Positions 26,296 to 35,330 of a DNA stretch of 39,294 nt are shown here, piece after piece; the first letter of the stretch is position 1; each line of letters begins with the position of its first letter. The translations under genes and the position numbers were made by a program. The notes below the pieces were generated by a model that was not told the origin of the DNA, searched no databases, and saw only the letters and a program-made list of their open reading frames with translations. The stretch comes from an uncultured bacterium (GTDB lineage Bacteria > Fidelibacterota > Marinisomatia > SCGC-AAA003-L08 > D37C17): assembly GCA_964646655.1 (NCBI GenBank), contig CAZYFB010000002.1, positions 1-39,294 on the forward strand, in the 5' to 3' direction.

Positions 26296-27658
26296 ACCTT
26301 CAATCCAAAAAACTAGAGTTTTAGTTATTTTAGCCTTGATTAATATTTTGATTTATTACTTTGTATCTACTTCAGTCGTTACTTTTAAATCAGTAGATTA
26401 TGAATTAAAAATAGATTCAGCTAAAAAAATGGAAAATGCACTTACTATTTTAAAAAAATATGGTAGAAAATACCCGTTTTTATCAAGAGACCCATTTGAT
26501 ACGCGATTAGTTTTTTTAAATACTGAAACTAGTCCTTTATTAACAGATATTGGTAAGTATGAAGCTAAATCAACCGTATTAAAACCTAATTTTTCAGCGC
26601 TGATTATTGATCATTTTTCTAGGGCAGGACTATCTAAAGGTGATACAATTGCTATTTCTATGACAGGTTCTATGCCTGGTGCTAATATTGCGGTTTTGAT
26701 GGCTTGTGAGGCTATGGAATTAGAATATGTGTCTATTTCTTCTCTTGGAGCATCTAGTTGGGGAGCTACAGATATGAATTTGTCTTGGCCAAAAATGGAA
26801 AAAATTCTATTTGATAACCAAATTATAGGAAAGGTAAGTGATAAATTTACATATGGTGGTGGAGCTGACTATTTAAAAAAAGGAACTAGGTATAGAAAAA
26901 TATATGGTGGTGATTTTAAAAGATTAAGGATTGACAGTTTAATGGTATCTCTATATCCAAATAAATCTATGGATGATTTATTTATATTGCATGGTCTATC
27001 AAAGGATAAAGTATTAAATGATTCTACAGGAATGATACTTAAAACAAGCATTAACCAAAGAATATCTTTTTATGAAAAGTCTTGTTCTGATGGTACATTG
27101 TCTTGCTTTGATGCTTACGTTAATGTTGGAGGGGGCGTTGCTAGCTTCGGGTACAAAGGAAAAAATAAACTTAAAGATAATTATGGATATGTTCAGGTAA
27201 AAGATGTTTTAGATGCACTTCCTTCTTTTGAAAAAAGAAATAGTGTTATGATAAAATTTGGAGAATCAAATATCCCACTTATTAATATTACTGAAATTGA
27301 AAAATTAATTAAGGGGTCAGATATAGGGTATTTTAATAGTTTTGTTATTGATGAACTCGATCAAGTTGGAAATGGAAAATGGGATAGAGATGGATTCAAA
27401 TGGAGTCAGAATTTAAGTGGTTCTCCAGAAATGTTTACGGATATAAACGAAAATGGAATATGGGATGATGGTGAAGAATTTACAGATCAAGATGGTCTTG
27501 TAGACATTGGAAAAGGTAACTTATATAACACACAGAAGTTTAACATGTTGATAGTATGGTTTGGTTTAATGATATGTTTAGGAAGTACTATATATATTGG
27601 ATTTATTAGTTATCAGCAAATTAGTAGACAAATGAGAAGTTATGATCCAAACAGTTAA
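26288..27658 (+). CDS. Bitopic (N- and C-terminal TM) periplasm-facing protein occupying the slot where PgsA/CapA normally sits; not CapA-like; possibly the 'poly-gamma-glutamate system protein' type
   Basis: The ATG overlaps the pgsC stop by 8 nt. TMs are VLVILALINILIYYFVSTSVV and LIVWFGLMICLGSTIYIGFISY. No CapA metallophosphatase motifs (GD.M.GR, NHA.D, GHH.H). An acidic NGxWDxGEEFxD segment lies near the C-terminus. Confidence 0.4.
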   Translation: MFRPSIQKTRVLVILALINILIYYFVSTSVVTFKSVDYELKIDSAKKMENALTILKKYGRKYPFLSRDPFDTRLVFLNTETSPLLTDIGKYEAKSTVLKPNFSALIIDHFSRAGLSKGDTIAISMTGSMPGANIAVLMACEAMELEYVSISSLGASSWGATDMNLSWPKMEKILFDNQIIGKVSDKFTYGGGADYLKKGTRYRKIYGGDFKRLRIDSLMVSLYPNKSMDDLFILHGLSKDKVLNDSTGMILKTSINQRISFYEKSCSDGTLSCFDAYVNVGGGVASFGYKGKNKLKDNYGYVQVKDVLDALPSFEKRNSVMIKFGESNIPLINITEIEKLIKGSDIGYFNSFVIDELDQVGNGKWDRDGFKWSQNLSGSPEMFTDINENGIWDDGEEFTDQDGLVDIGKGNLYNTQKFNMLIVWFGLMICLGSTIYIGFISYQQISRQMRSYDPNS

Positions 27659-28691
27659 TCTTGTTTTTATCCTTTTATTAACCATAACTTTTTCTAAAGA
27701 TATTCCAATTTCTTATAAGTACGAGCTTTCATTTGGATATGATGATAATTTTATGCGATTTTCAGATAATGAGCTAAATACCTTTCATAACACTGATGAA
27801 TCCAATAATGACTATCTTGGAGACTCAAAAACATATGATTCTGGTATAGTAGGCTCATCTTTACAGATTAAATTATCCCCCAAAATTAAAAATAAAATAA
27901 AATCTAATATAATTACTAAAATTAAGTACAATTATTATAGTAGTTCAAATCAAAAATCATATGGTTCTTTTTTATTTAGATATGAATTAAAATTAGCATC
28001 TTATAGATGGTTAAAGTTTTCGTACTCACTTCTACCGGATTATTATTTAAGAACATATATTGATAGAGATTTAACTCCTCTTGAAAGATTTCCATGTACA
28101 TTTTCAAATGAAACTATTTATTTATCCTACTCACATCAGTTTTTATTTAATAAAACCTGGATTGACTATCGTTTAGTATTAAATAACCAGTTTTATAATA
28201 AATATTTTACAGAGTTTGATAGTAAAATTTCAGGTTTAGAGGTTACTATTAAATCAAAGAAAGTTAAAAATTATTATGCTTCACTTGCGTTTTTATATTA
28301 CAAAGCTGAAAATATTTCATACAACCCTACAGAGATGTTAGAATCTTCAAAGATGGATCGTTCTTATCTAAGAAATGGAATAAAGATACACCTTAAAAGA
28401 ACTCTTAAAAAATCGTTTATTAATAGTTTGGGTTTAAAATTTTATTTTAATCAAAGATTTTATGATTTAAACTCGTGGTCTTATAATCAAGATAATTGGA
28501 AAACTTATTCTGATTTTGATATAAGATTTGAAATGTCTAAAAAACTATCATCAAATACTAGTTTGGATTTTTTATTTAGACATTTTAATAGATCTGTTGA
28601 TTCTTCTGATAGCAGTGAGATTGAATGGGTAGAAGATTATAAAAATCACAACAGAAATGAAATGTGGTTAAAATTTGTTTATATTTTTTAA
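27642..28691 (+). CDS. Predicted outer-membrane beta-barrel protein, translationally coupled to the pgs module
   Basis: Signal peptide MIQTVNLVFILLLTITFSKD. Alternating amphipathic strands (SLAFLYYKAE, GLKFYFNQRFY, DIRFEMSKKL, SLDFLFRHFN). C-terminal MWLKFVYIF ends in Phe (OMP beta-signal). The start overlaps the upstream gene by 17 nt. Confidence 0.55.
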   Translation: MIQTVNLVFILLLTITFSKDIPISYKYELSFGYDDNFMRFSDNELNTFHNTDESNNDYLGDSKTYDSGIVGSSLQIKLSPKIKNKIKSNIITKIKYNYYSSSNQKSYGSFLFRYELKLASYRWLKFSYSLLPDYYLRTYIDRDLTPLERFPCTFSNETIYLSYSHQFLFNKTWIDYRLVLNNQFYNKYFTEFDSKISGLEVTIKSKKVKNYYASLAFLYYKAENISYNPTEMLESSKMDRSYLRNGIKIHLKRTLKKSFINSLGLKFYFNQRFYDLNSWSYNQDNWKTYSDFDIRFEMSKKLSSNTSLDFLFRHFNRSVDSSDSSEIEWVEDYKNHNRNEMWLKFVYIF

Positions 28692-28709
28692 ATTTAGACT
28701 GAGGTAATT

Positions 28710-29951
28710 ATGAAAATTTACATATTATTAATATCTTTATTCTTTTTTGCATGTATTGAACAGGTTGATTCAGAACAAAACAATATTGCTCAATTGGTCA
28801 AATATATAGATACATATGGAGAAGCTATGGATTTAGATTTGACAGACACTCATATGGTGGTTGCTGCTAATTATCAAGGGTTCATTGTTTATGATATAAT
28901 TAGAGATAATTTAGGTAATGTTTCAGATCTTGATTCAGTTTTTAATGATTCAATTTTAGATGATTCTATGGGAGACAATCGAGCACAAGAGGTTGTTATA
29001 TCTAAAAATCATAACATTGCATTTATTACTGATATATATGATAGAATATGGTTATACAAGCTTGATGGAGGATCTAATCAATACGTAGATTCCTACCTGC
29101 AGGATTGTTATGGAGGAACTTGGTTAAGTACTACCATTGATGAACAGACTGATATGAATCAAATTAATGTATTCTCTCTAGTAAAACATTCTTCATCTGA
29201 GAGTGATGACGAAGGTACTGTTGGGGATTTTGATGAGTATTCTACATCTGTTGTATGGAAAGGTTTAATAGATATTAATTCAGGTGATTTATTTCCAGAA
29301 CAAAATTCAGCACCTGCATGTGAATTTTCTTATAATTTTGGTATTTTACCTGAAACAATACACTATAATAATGGTTTATTGGCTATAAGTAATGGTGAAT
29401 TAGGCATGAAAGTTTTATCACAAATAAATCAATCTTCATGCTTTGATAGTGACTCTTTTGATTTAATTGAAGATTTTAATCCATCAGGTAATATTGATAT
29501 AGATAGAATTGCTTGTGAAAATTCTATATTTGATTATTATAATCCAGGTTTTGGAGGAATTTTTGAGCCCAAAGGAGGATTTCATCCTCAAGTTTATTCA
29601 TCTTTTGATTTACCTGGAGAGGTTAATGCTGTTTATGTTAAGGATTTAGTTTTATTTTCAGGTTTATCAACTAGTAATGGTTGTTACATATCTTTACTAG
29701 GGGATAATGGGAATATATTAGAAAATTTATCAGTTGCTAATGGATACACTATCAATGGTATTAGTGAAGATAATGGTATTTTGGCGCTATCAGCAGGTAG
29801 AGATGGTGTTTTACTTTATCAATGGAATGGAGATTTGAACATTAGTTATATGGGTCAAATTGAAACGCCATATTCAAATAAAGTAAAAGTTGATGGAAAT
29901 AATATTCTAATTTCAACTGAAGATGGTGTTTATATATATATTTTAAATTAA
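28710..29951 (+). CDS. Secreted/possibly lipidated beta-propeller-like protein with LVIVD-like repeats
   Basis: GAGGT RBS. Signal ending in Cys: KIYILLISLFFFAC. Repeating strings THMVVAANYQGFIVYDI, HNIAFITDIYDRIWLYKL, NGLLAISNGELGMKVL, NGILALSAGRDGVLLYQW and NNILISTEDGVYIYIL. Confidence 0.4.
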   Translation: MKIYILLISLFFFACIEQVDSEQNNIAQLVKYIDTYGEAMDLDLTDTHMVVAANYQGFIVYDIIRDNLGNVSDLDSVFNDSILDDSMGDNRAQEVVISKNHNIAFITDIYDRIWLYKLDGGSNQYVDSYLQDCYGGTWLSTTIDEQTDMNQINVFSLVKHSSSESDDEGTVGDFDEYSTSVVWKGLIDINSGDLFPEQNSAPACEFSYNFGILPETIHYNNGLLAISNGELGMKVLSQINQSSCFDSDSFDLIEDFNPSGNIDIDRIACENSIFDYYNPGFGGIFEPKGGFHPQVYSSFDLPGEVNAVYVKDLVLFSGLSTSNGCYISLLGDNGNILENLSVANGYTINGISEDNGILALSAGRDGVLLYQWNGDLNISYMGQIETPYSNKVKVDGNNILISTEDGVYIYILN

Positions 29952-32900
29952 ATGGGAGTAATAATGGTATCTAGATTAATATTTATAATTTTGTTATTAA
30001 ATACAGTTTTTTCACAATTTGATTGGATAGATGGCGGAGCACCAATTCGTCAAGGTCAGCACATAGAATGGCAAAGAACTGCAGGTTCAGGTGATACAGG
30101 AGAAATAATTTTTGCATGGTCAGACACTAGAGATAGTATGAGAGATGTTTATGTTCAAAAAATTGATACTCAGGGAAATAAATTATGGGGTGAAAAAGGC
30201 ATAGCTGTAACAACAGCTTATGGTAGACAAGAAGATCCATTATTAGTTGGAGATGATAATGGAGGTGCTTTTATAATCTGGATAGATTATAGAAATGAAC
30301 CAGATACTAAAGGTGATGTATATGCTCAGCATGTATTGTCAGATGGTTCTTTAGTATGGTCACTTGAAGGACAACCTATTGTTGTTAAAGAAGGTTCCCA
30401 AAGGAATCCAAATATGTGTAAAGATGGTAATGGTGGTGCATATATTATATGGAAAGATTTTACAGTTGGTCAGTATGAGCATGTTTATGCAACTCATATT
30501 TCAGCTGATGACCAGATAATTAAACCTGGTGAAGGTGTTCCTATTATGACTAATGATTCTCATCATAATGGAATCAGTTTAGAAATTGCTGGACTTGGAG
30601 AAGCTGCTATGGCTTGGGTAGATGATAGAAATGGAAACCTAGATATTTTTGGGCAAAGAATGTTAGCAGACCATGAAAATGATACAATTAATACACTTTG
30701 GAGTACTGTGGAAGAGGGTGGAAAAGCTATTTGTGATGCTGAAGGTGATCAAAATTATGCAAAAATAACTTATGCTTCAGGATGTTGTGGGACAGAAGGT
30801 ATTACAGTTGCTACCTGGCAGGATGATAGGAATCAGAATTTTGATATTTATATGCAATATTTATGGGTTAATGGAGATTCATTTTTTCAATCTTACCCTC
30901 AGGGTTTACCACTTACTGACGGTTTAACCTCTTCACAAACAAAGCCTAGATTAAAGGCTGATGATTCTGGCGCATATGTAGTATGGTACAGCGACCAAAA
31001 TGGTAACAGCGACATATATGCTCAAAAAATATTAGCATCTCAAGATGATCCTATACAATGGAGTGAAAACGGTTTAGCAGTATGTACTGCTCAGGACGCC
31101 CAAACAGGAGCGCGTTTATCAGTTAGTGGTAATGGTGGAGTTTACTTTACATGGCAAGATGATAGAAATGGTGGTGATGAGGCAGATGTTTATATTCAGC
31201 ATGTTAGCTCTGATAATATATTAACATTACCTGATAATGGATTAGTAATATCAGATGAATCATTAATTCAAAAAAGTCCAGTGGTCAGAAATGATGGAAA
31301 TGGTAATGCTTTTGTATTATGGGAGGATGGAAGAAGAGGTAGTGGTGCAATTTTTACTCAACATTTAAATTCCAATGGACTATTAACTTTATCTGAAAAT
31401 GGTATGGAAATTTATTATGGCGTTGATGGTAAATCTGATAATATTAAGTCAGAAAAAATTAATGATACAGATGTTCTTTTATATTGGGAAGATCGTGAAA
31501 ATGGTGTTAATTCTACCTACAATTTTGGAAAAATAATTTCAAATGATTATGGGTATACTTATGAGAACGCTATTTCAGTGCCGAACGCTTCCTTAAGTGA
31601 AAATCCAGCTCAATTAAATGCAGAAGTAAAAAAAGTAGGAAACAATCTATTTATGGGGTTTTTACAAGACAATTTTCAAGCTGGTGTAGACCCTTTTGAA
31701 GGTTATTCTCAATATTTCCAAATACTTGATCTGCCAGATTTAAATCTTGCAGGTGATGTAAACGGTACTTGGTTAAATCCAACAGATTTTTTCCAATATG
31801 ATTTTATAAGTGAGTTTGGAAGAGATTTAGATTTACTAGTAAATGATGATAATACATTATTTTATTTTACTTCATTGAGTGAATTTTTTGCTGGCCCTGA
31901 TATCTATGTTAGAAAAGTTGGTATTGATGGTCAAATCTATTGGGATGCACCAAAAAATTTAACTAATGATCCAGCATCAGATAATTTTGTTAGAAATGTT
32001 TTCAATACTCCAGATGGTGGTGCATTTGTGGTTTTTGATAAAATAGGATCAGGGAATTATGGTAATATTACAATTATGAATCAAGAAGGTGAGAATTTAG
32101 AAGGTTTTCCAAAAAGAGTTTGTGATATTGACAGTAATCAATTTATTGAAGATGCTGTTGATGTTGGGATAGGTATTTTTATTATTTGGAGAGATAATAG
32201 GCAGGATGGTGGTTCTGATATATATGGTCAACTTTTTGATTATAGTGGAAATCCTCAAGGTGCTACAGATGGTATAGCAATTGCAGAATATGATAATGAT
32301 CAGACAAATTCTAATATTACATTTCATGACACTTTAAATGAAGTACTTGTATGTTGGGAGGATTATTTAAGTGGCACCGATTATGACTTAGCATGTAGCA
32401 CTGTCAATCTTTCCAATTTAGAAGTTAATAATTCACTTGGTTTTCCAACTTATACAATTGCTGAAGGTCAAGGCGACCAGATAAATGTTGATACATACAA
32501 AGCTGAAAATGGTAATTATATGATTGTATGGGAAGATTCAAGAAATAATAGCGATGAAAATCTTCAAACACATACAGATATATATTATCAAGAAATCAAT
32601 ATTCAAGGTGAATTTATTTATAATGATAACGGTATCGCTGTTTGCGATTCTTATCATATACAAACTGAACCACAGATTTCAATGTATTCAAAATCAGATT
32701 CGGAGCAGTCATATATTATTTATTGGACTGATTTAAGAAGTACAGGTAAAGATTTATTATACAATATTTATGCGCAATCAATTAGCCATGACTATCAATT
32801 AAGCATTGAGGATAGTTTCCCTGTAGAGCTCAGCCTTAATTCTATATATCCAAATCCATTTAATCCAGAAGTAAATATAAATTTTTATAATCCTAGATCT

Positions 32901-33086
32901 GAAAAAGTATCAATTAATATTTACGATTTAAATGGAAAGTTAATTGAAAAAATTTATGATAATCAGTTAAATAGTGGCAGTCATACATTTAGCTGGAATG
33001 CTCAAAAATTTTCTAGTGGTATTTATATTATAAGTCTTGAGTCTGATAATTCAGTTATAAGTTCTAAAGTATCTTTAATGAAATGA
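29952..33086 (+). CDS. Large secreted repeat (propeller-like) protein with about 14-16 'WxDxR...D(I/V)YxQ' units and a T9SS C-terminal sorting domain
   Basis: Repeat examples are listed in the findings. CTD: IYPNPFNPEVNINFYN...ISIYDLNGKLIEKI...SGIYIISLESDNSVISSKVSLMK. An alternative start ATG at 29964 is preceded by GGGAG. The gene ends in TGA (33084..33086). Confidence 0.7.
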   Translation: MGVIMVSRLIFIILLLNTVFSQFDWIDGGAPIRQGQHIEWQRTAGSGDTGEIIFAWSDTRDSMRDVYVQKIDTQGNKLWGEKGIAVTTAYGRQEDPLLVGDDNGGAFIIWIDYRNEPDTKGDVYAQHVLSDGSLVWSLEGQPIVVKEGSQRNPNMCKDGNGGAYIIWKDFTVGQYEHVYATHISADDQIIKPGEGVPIMTNDSHHNGISLEIAGLGEAAMAWVDDRNGNLDIFGQRMLADHENDTINTLWSTVEEGGKAICDAEGDQNYAKITYASGCCGTEGITVATWQDDRNQNFDIYMQYLWVNGDSFFQSYPQGLPLTDGLTSSQTKPRLKADDSGAYVVWYSDQNGNSDIYAQKILASQDDPIQWSENGLAVCTAQDAQTGARLSVSGNGGVYFTWQDDRNGGDEADVYIQHVSSDNILTLPDNGLVISDESLIQKSPVVRNDGNGNAFVLWEDGRRGSGAIFTQHLNSNGLLTLSENGMEIYYGVDGKSDNIKSEKINDTDVLLYWEDRENGVNSTYNFGKIISNDYGYTYENAISVPNASLSENPAQLNAEVKKVGNNLFMGFLQDNFQAGVDPFEGYSQYFQILDLPDLNLAGDVNGTWLNPTDFFQYDFISEFGRDLDLLVNDDNTLFYFTSLSEFFAGPDIYVRKVGIDGQIYWDAPKNLTNDPASDNFVRNVFNTPDGGAFVVFDKIGSGNYGNITIMNQEGENLEGFPKRVCDIDSNQFIEDAVDVGIGIFIIWRDNRQDGGSDIYGQLFDYSGNPQGATDGIAIAEYDNDQTNSNITFHDTLNEVLVCWEDYLSGTDYDLACSTVNLSNLEVNNSLGFPTYTIAEGQGDQINVDTYKAENGNYMIVWEDSRNNSDENLQTHTDIYYQEINIQGEFIYNDNGIAVCDSYHIQTEPQISMYSKSDSEQSYIIYWTDLRSTGKDLLYNIYAQSISHDYQLSIEDSFPVELSLNSIYPNPFNPEVNINFYNPRSEKVSINIYDLNGKLIEKIYDNQLNSGSHTFSWNAQKFSSGIYIISLESDNSVISSKVSLMK
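32830..33083 (+). other. T9SS (Por) C-terminal sorting domain
   Basis: YPNPFNP ... IYDLNG ... SGIYII motif set typical of TIGR04183-type CTDs. Confidence 0.7.
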
Positions 33087-35329
33087 TAATTTTAATTTTA
33101 CTTATTATAACCTCATTTGTTTTACCTTTATCAGAAAGATATCATACATTTTATGAAGTTGAGCAGCAACTTTTAGATTGGGATGAGCAATTTTCTAATG
33201 ATGATAATCCTTGGCCTGCACAGTACCCTGGTAGTGGTATCATTTATCAGTTATCACAAATTGGTGTATCTTCTCATGACAATTTACCTATATATGCAGT
33301 AAAATTATCTTATAATGCCAATGAAGATAACGATGAGGCGAGGGTTTTAATTTTAGGGCAATGCCATGCAGAAGAAATCTATGGTGTAGAGATTGCTATG
33401 GAAATGATTGATTGGTTACTTCATCCAAATGCATTTTATCCAGTTAATTATTTAGATAGAAAAATGGCATTAGAAAATACAGAGTTATGGATTATTCCAA
33501 CGCATAATCCGGAAGGTTTACTTACAGTTCATGGTGACACATTAAATGGAGAATGGATTCAAGATGAATGGTATAGAAAAAATAAAACAGATATTAATGC
33601 TAATGGTATCTTTGATTATGTTTATGGTCCTGGAAATGATTCAGATGGTGTTGATTTAAATAGGAATTATGATTTTAATTGGATATTCGGTGATGATAAG
33701 TATGAATTAGATTATGGCTGCGCTGGTAATCCATCATATATATCAAATTATGACTATTATAGAGGAGAAGAACCCTTTTCTGAGCTAGAAATTCAAGCTA
33801 TTAGAGATTTTGCTATAGAAAAGCAATTCTTATTATCTATAGCATATCATAGTTCTAGATCAGGTTGCGTTTCTGAAAAGGTAATATATCCATGGAAATG
33901 GACAGAAACCAAAGAGAGTCCAGATTTTGAGGTGATTGATAAGCTGGGTAGAGATATAGCTTCATTTATACCAACTCAAGATGGCATTACTACATATTTG
34001 CCATCAGGTAGTGTATCAAGAAGAGGTAATGCACATGATTGGTTTTATAGTCAAACTGGTTGTATTCAGTATTTAATAGAAGCTGGAACCTCAAATATTC
34101 AAACCAATGATGATCAAATTATAGAGGATACAATTGATAGAAATTTAATTGGTGCATTTCATTTAATAAATAGAGCATCTGGAAATAATTTTGGTGAAAT
34201 AGGTGCAGATAAATACCTTATAAATGGTTTAGTTATGGATTCTAATTCAAGTGAAATATTAAATGCAGAAGTTACTATATTAGAGATGGATGGGCCTATG
34301 TTAAAACCTAGAACTACTGATCAGTATGGCAGATATAGAAGATTGCTTTATCCTGGAACATTTACTTTGCAAGTTAAATCAAAAGGATATCAAACATATT
34401 TAGAATCAGATATTGTTCCAAGTGCATCTTCATTTATAGAAAAAGATATTTACTTAGAGTCATTACAAAGTCATGTAGTTGAATTTAATTTTGATTATCC
34501 TGATTATTATAACAATACAACCCCATTAATATTAACTTTAGAAAGTGAATGGGATGTAGAAGAGTTTGAAATATTTTCAAATAATTTTGAGTTAGATTTA
34601 TATGAGGGTTCTTATAATATTTCTATTGAAGGAAAAGAATCCAACCATATTGTACCTATTTTAGATAATTTTATTGTTACTGATAATGTAGAAAAAAATT
34701 ATTCCTTAGGATGGGCAAAGTTAATTTATTTAGGAATAAATTCTAATGATTGGATTATCGAATCAGGAGATTGGTATTTTAATAATGATTTATTTTCTCA
34801 GTCTTCATCATATTACAGTAGTGATTTTTTTGGAAGTATGTTTTTAGATTCATCTTTTACTGCTAGCAAGATTGTTGCTTCATTTGATATGAAATACGAA
34901 TACGAGTGGGATAATGATTATATTCAGCTTTCAATTTCTAGTGATAATGCTGATATTTCTAATGTTAAAACATTAACTGGTCACAATTACAAATCATTTC
35001 AGAAAGAAATGGTTGCTTATTCAAATAGTCAGGAGTTAAATGATTTATTGGTTAGTATTTCAATGAACACAGATGAATCATTATACTATAGAGGAAGTGT
35101 TATTAAAGATTTAAAAATAGTATCAGACTCAGGTAATCAAGCTTGTAATTTTGGAGATTCAAATTTTGATGGGCTAATTAACATTAATGATATTATGATA
35201 ATATTAAACTTCATTCTTCAAACTGATATAGCTGAGGGTTATTATAAGTGTGTTAGCGATTTGAATCAAGATAGTGGAATTAATATTTTAGATATTTCAA
35301 TTATGATAAACTTTATTTTAGGGGATTAA
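33083..35329 (+). CDS. M14-family zinc carboxypeptidase with CarboxypepD_reg-like beta-sandwich and C-terminal dockerin-type repeats
   Basis: Zn motif GQCHAEEIYG (HxxE at 33365..33376), IPTHNPEG, VDLNRNYDFNW, and SIAYHSSRSG (third Zn ligand context). LINGLVMDSNSSEILNAEVTIL...TTDQYGRYRRLLYPGTFTLQVKSKGYQ. Dockerin GDSNFDGLININDIMIILNFIL / SDLNQDSGINILDISIMINFIL. The ATGA start overlaps the upstream stop. Confidence 0.8.
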   Translation: MIILILLIITSFVLPLSERYHTFYEVEQQLLDWDEQFSNDDNPWPAQYPGSGIIYQLSQIGVSSHDNLPIYAVKLSYNANEDNDEARVLILGQCHAEEIYGVEIAMEMIDWLLHPNAFYPVNYLDRKMALENTELWIIPTHNPEGLLTVHGDTLNGEWIQDEWYRKNKTDINANGIFDYVYGPGNDSDGVDLNRNYDFNWIFGDDKYELDYGCAGNPSYISNYDYYRGEEPFSELEIQAIRDFAIEKQFLLSIAYHSSRSGCVSEKVIYPWKWTETKESPDFEVIDKLGRDIASFIPTQDGITTYLPSGSVSRRGNAHDWFYSQTGCIQYLIEAGTSNIQTNDDQIIEDTIDRNLIGAFHLINRASGNNFGEIGADKYLINGLVMDSNSSEILNAEVTILEMDGPMLKPRTTDQYGRYRRLLYPGTFTLQVKSKGYQTYLESDIVPSASSFIEKDIYLESLQSHVVEFNFDYPDYYNNTTPLILTLESEWDVEEFEIFSNNFELDLYEGSYNISIEGKESNHIVPILDNFIVTDNVEKNYSLGWAKLIYLGINSNDWIIESGDWYFNNDLFSQSSSYYSSDFFGSMFLDSSFTASKIVASFDMKYEYEWDNDYIQLSISSDNADISNVKTLTGHNYKSFQKEMVAYSNSQELNDLLVSISMNTDESLYYRGSVIKDLKIVSDSGNQACNFGDSNFDGLININDIMIILNFILQTDIAEGYYKCVSDLNQDSGINILDISIMINFILGD
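35153..35326 (+). other. Dockerin type I-like duplicated repeat (C-terminus of the M14 peptidase)
   Basis: DSNFDGLININDIMIILNFIL ... DLNQDSGINILDISIMINFIL. Confidence 0.6.
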
Positions 35330-35330
35330 T

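Noticed and set aside
26288-27658. Calling this ORF PgsA/CapA because of its position after pgsB-pgsC
   Set aside because: I see none of the CapA metallophosphatase-type motifs (GD.M.GR, NHA.D, HWG.E, GHH.H). The topology, with a TM at both ends, also differs from the single N-terminal anchor of CapA.
27642-28691. Outer-membrane barrel as the T9SS component PorV
   Set aside because: The only support would be the presence of T9SS cargo nearby. I recognise no PorV-specific sequence. The gene is start/stop-overlapped with the pgs module and is not next to a PorU-like gene.
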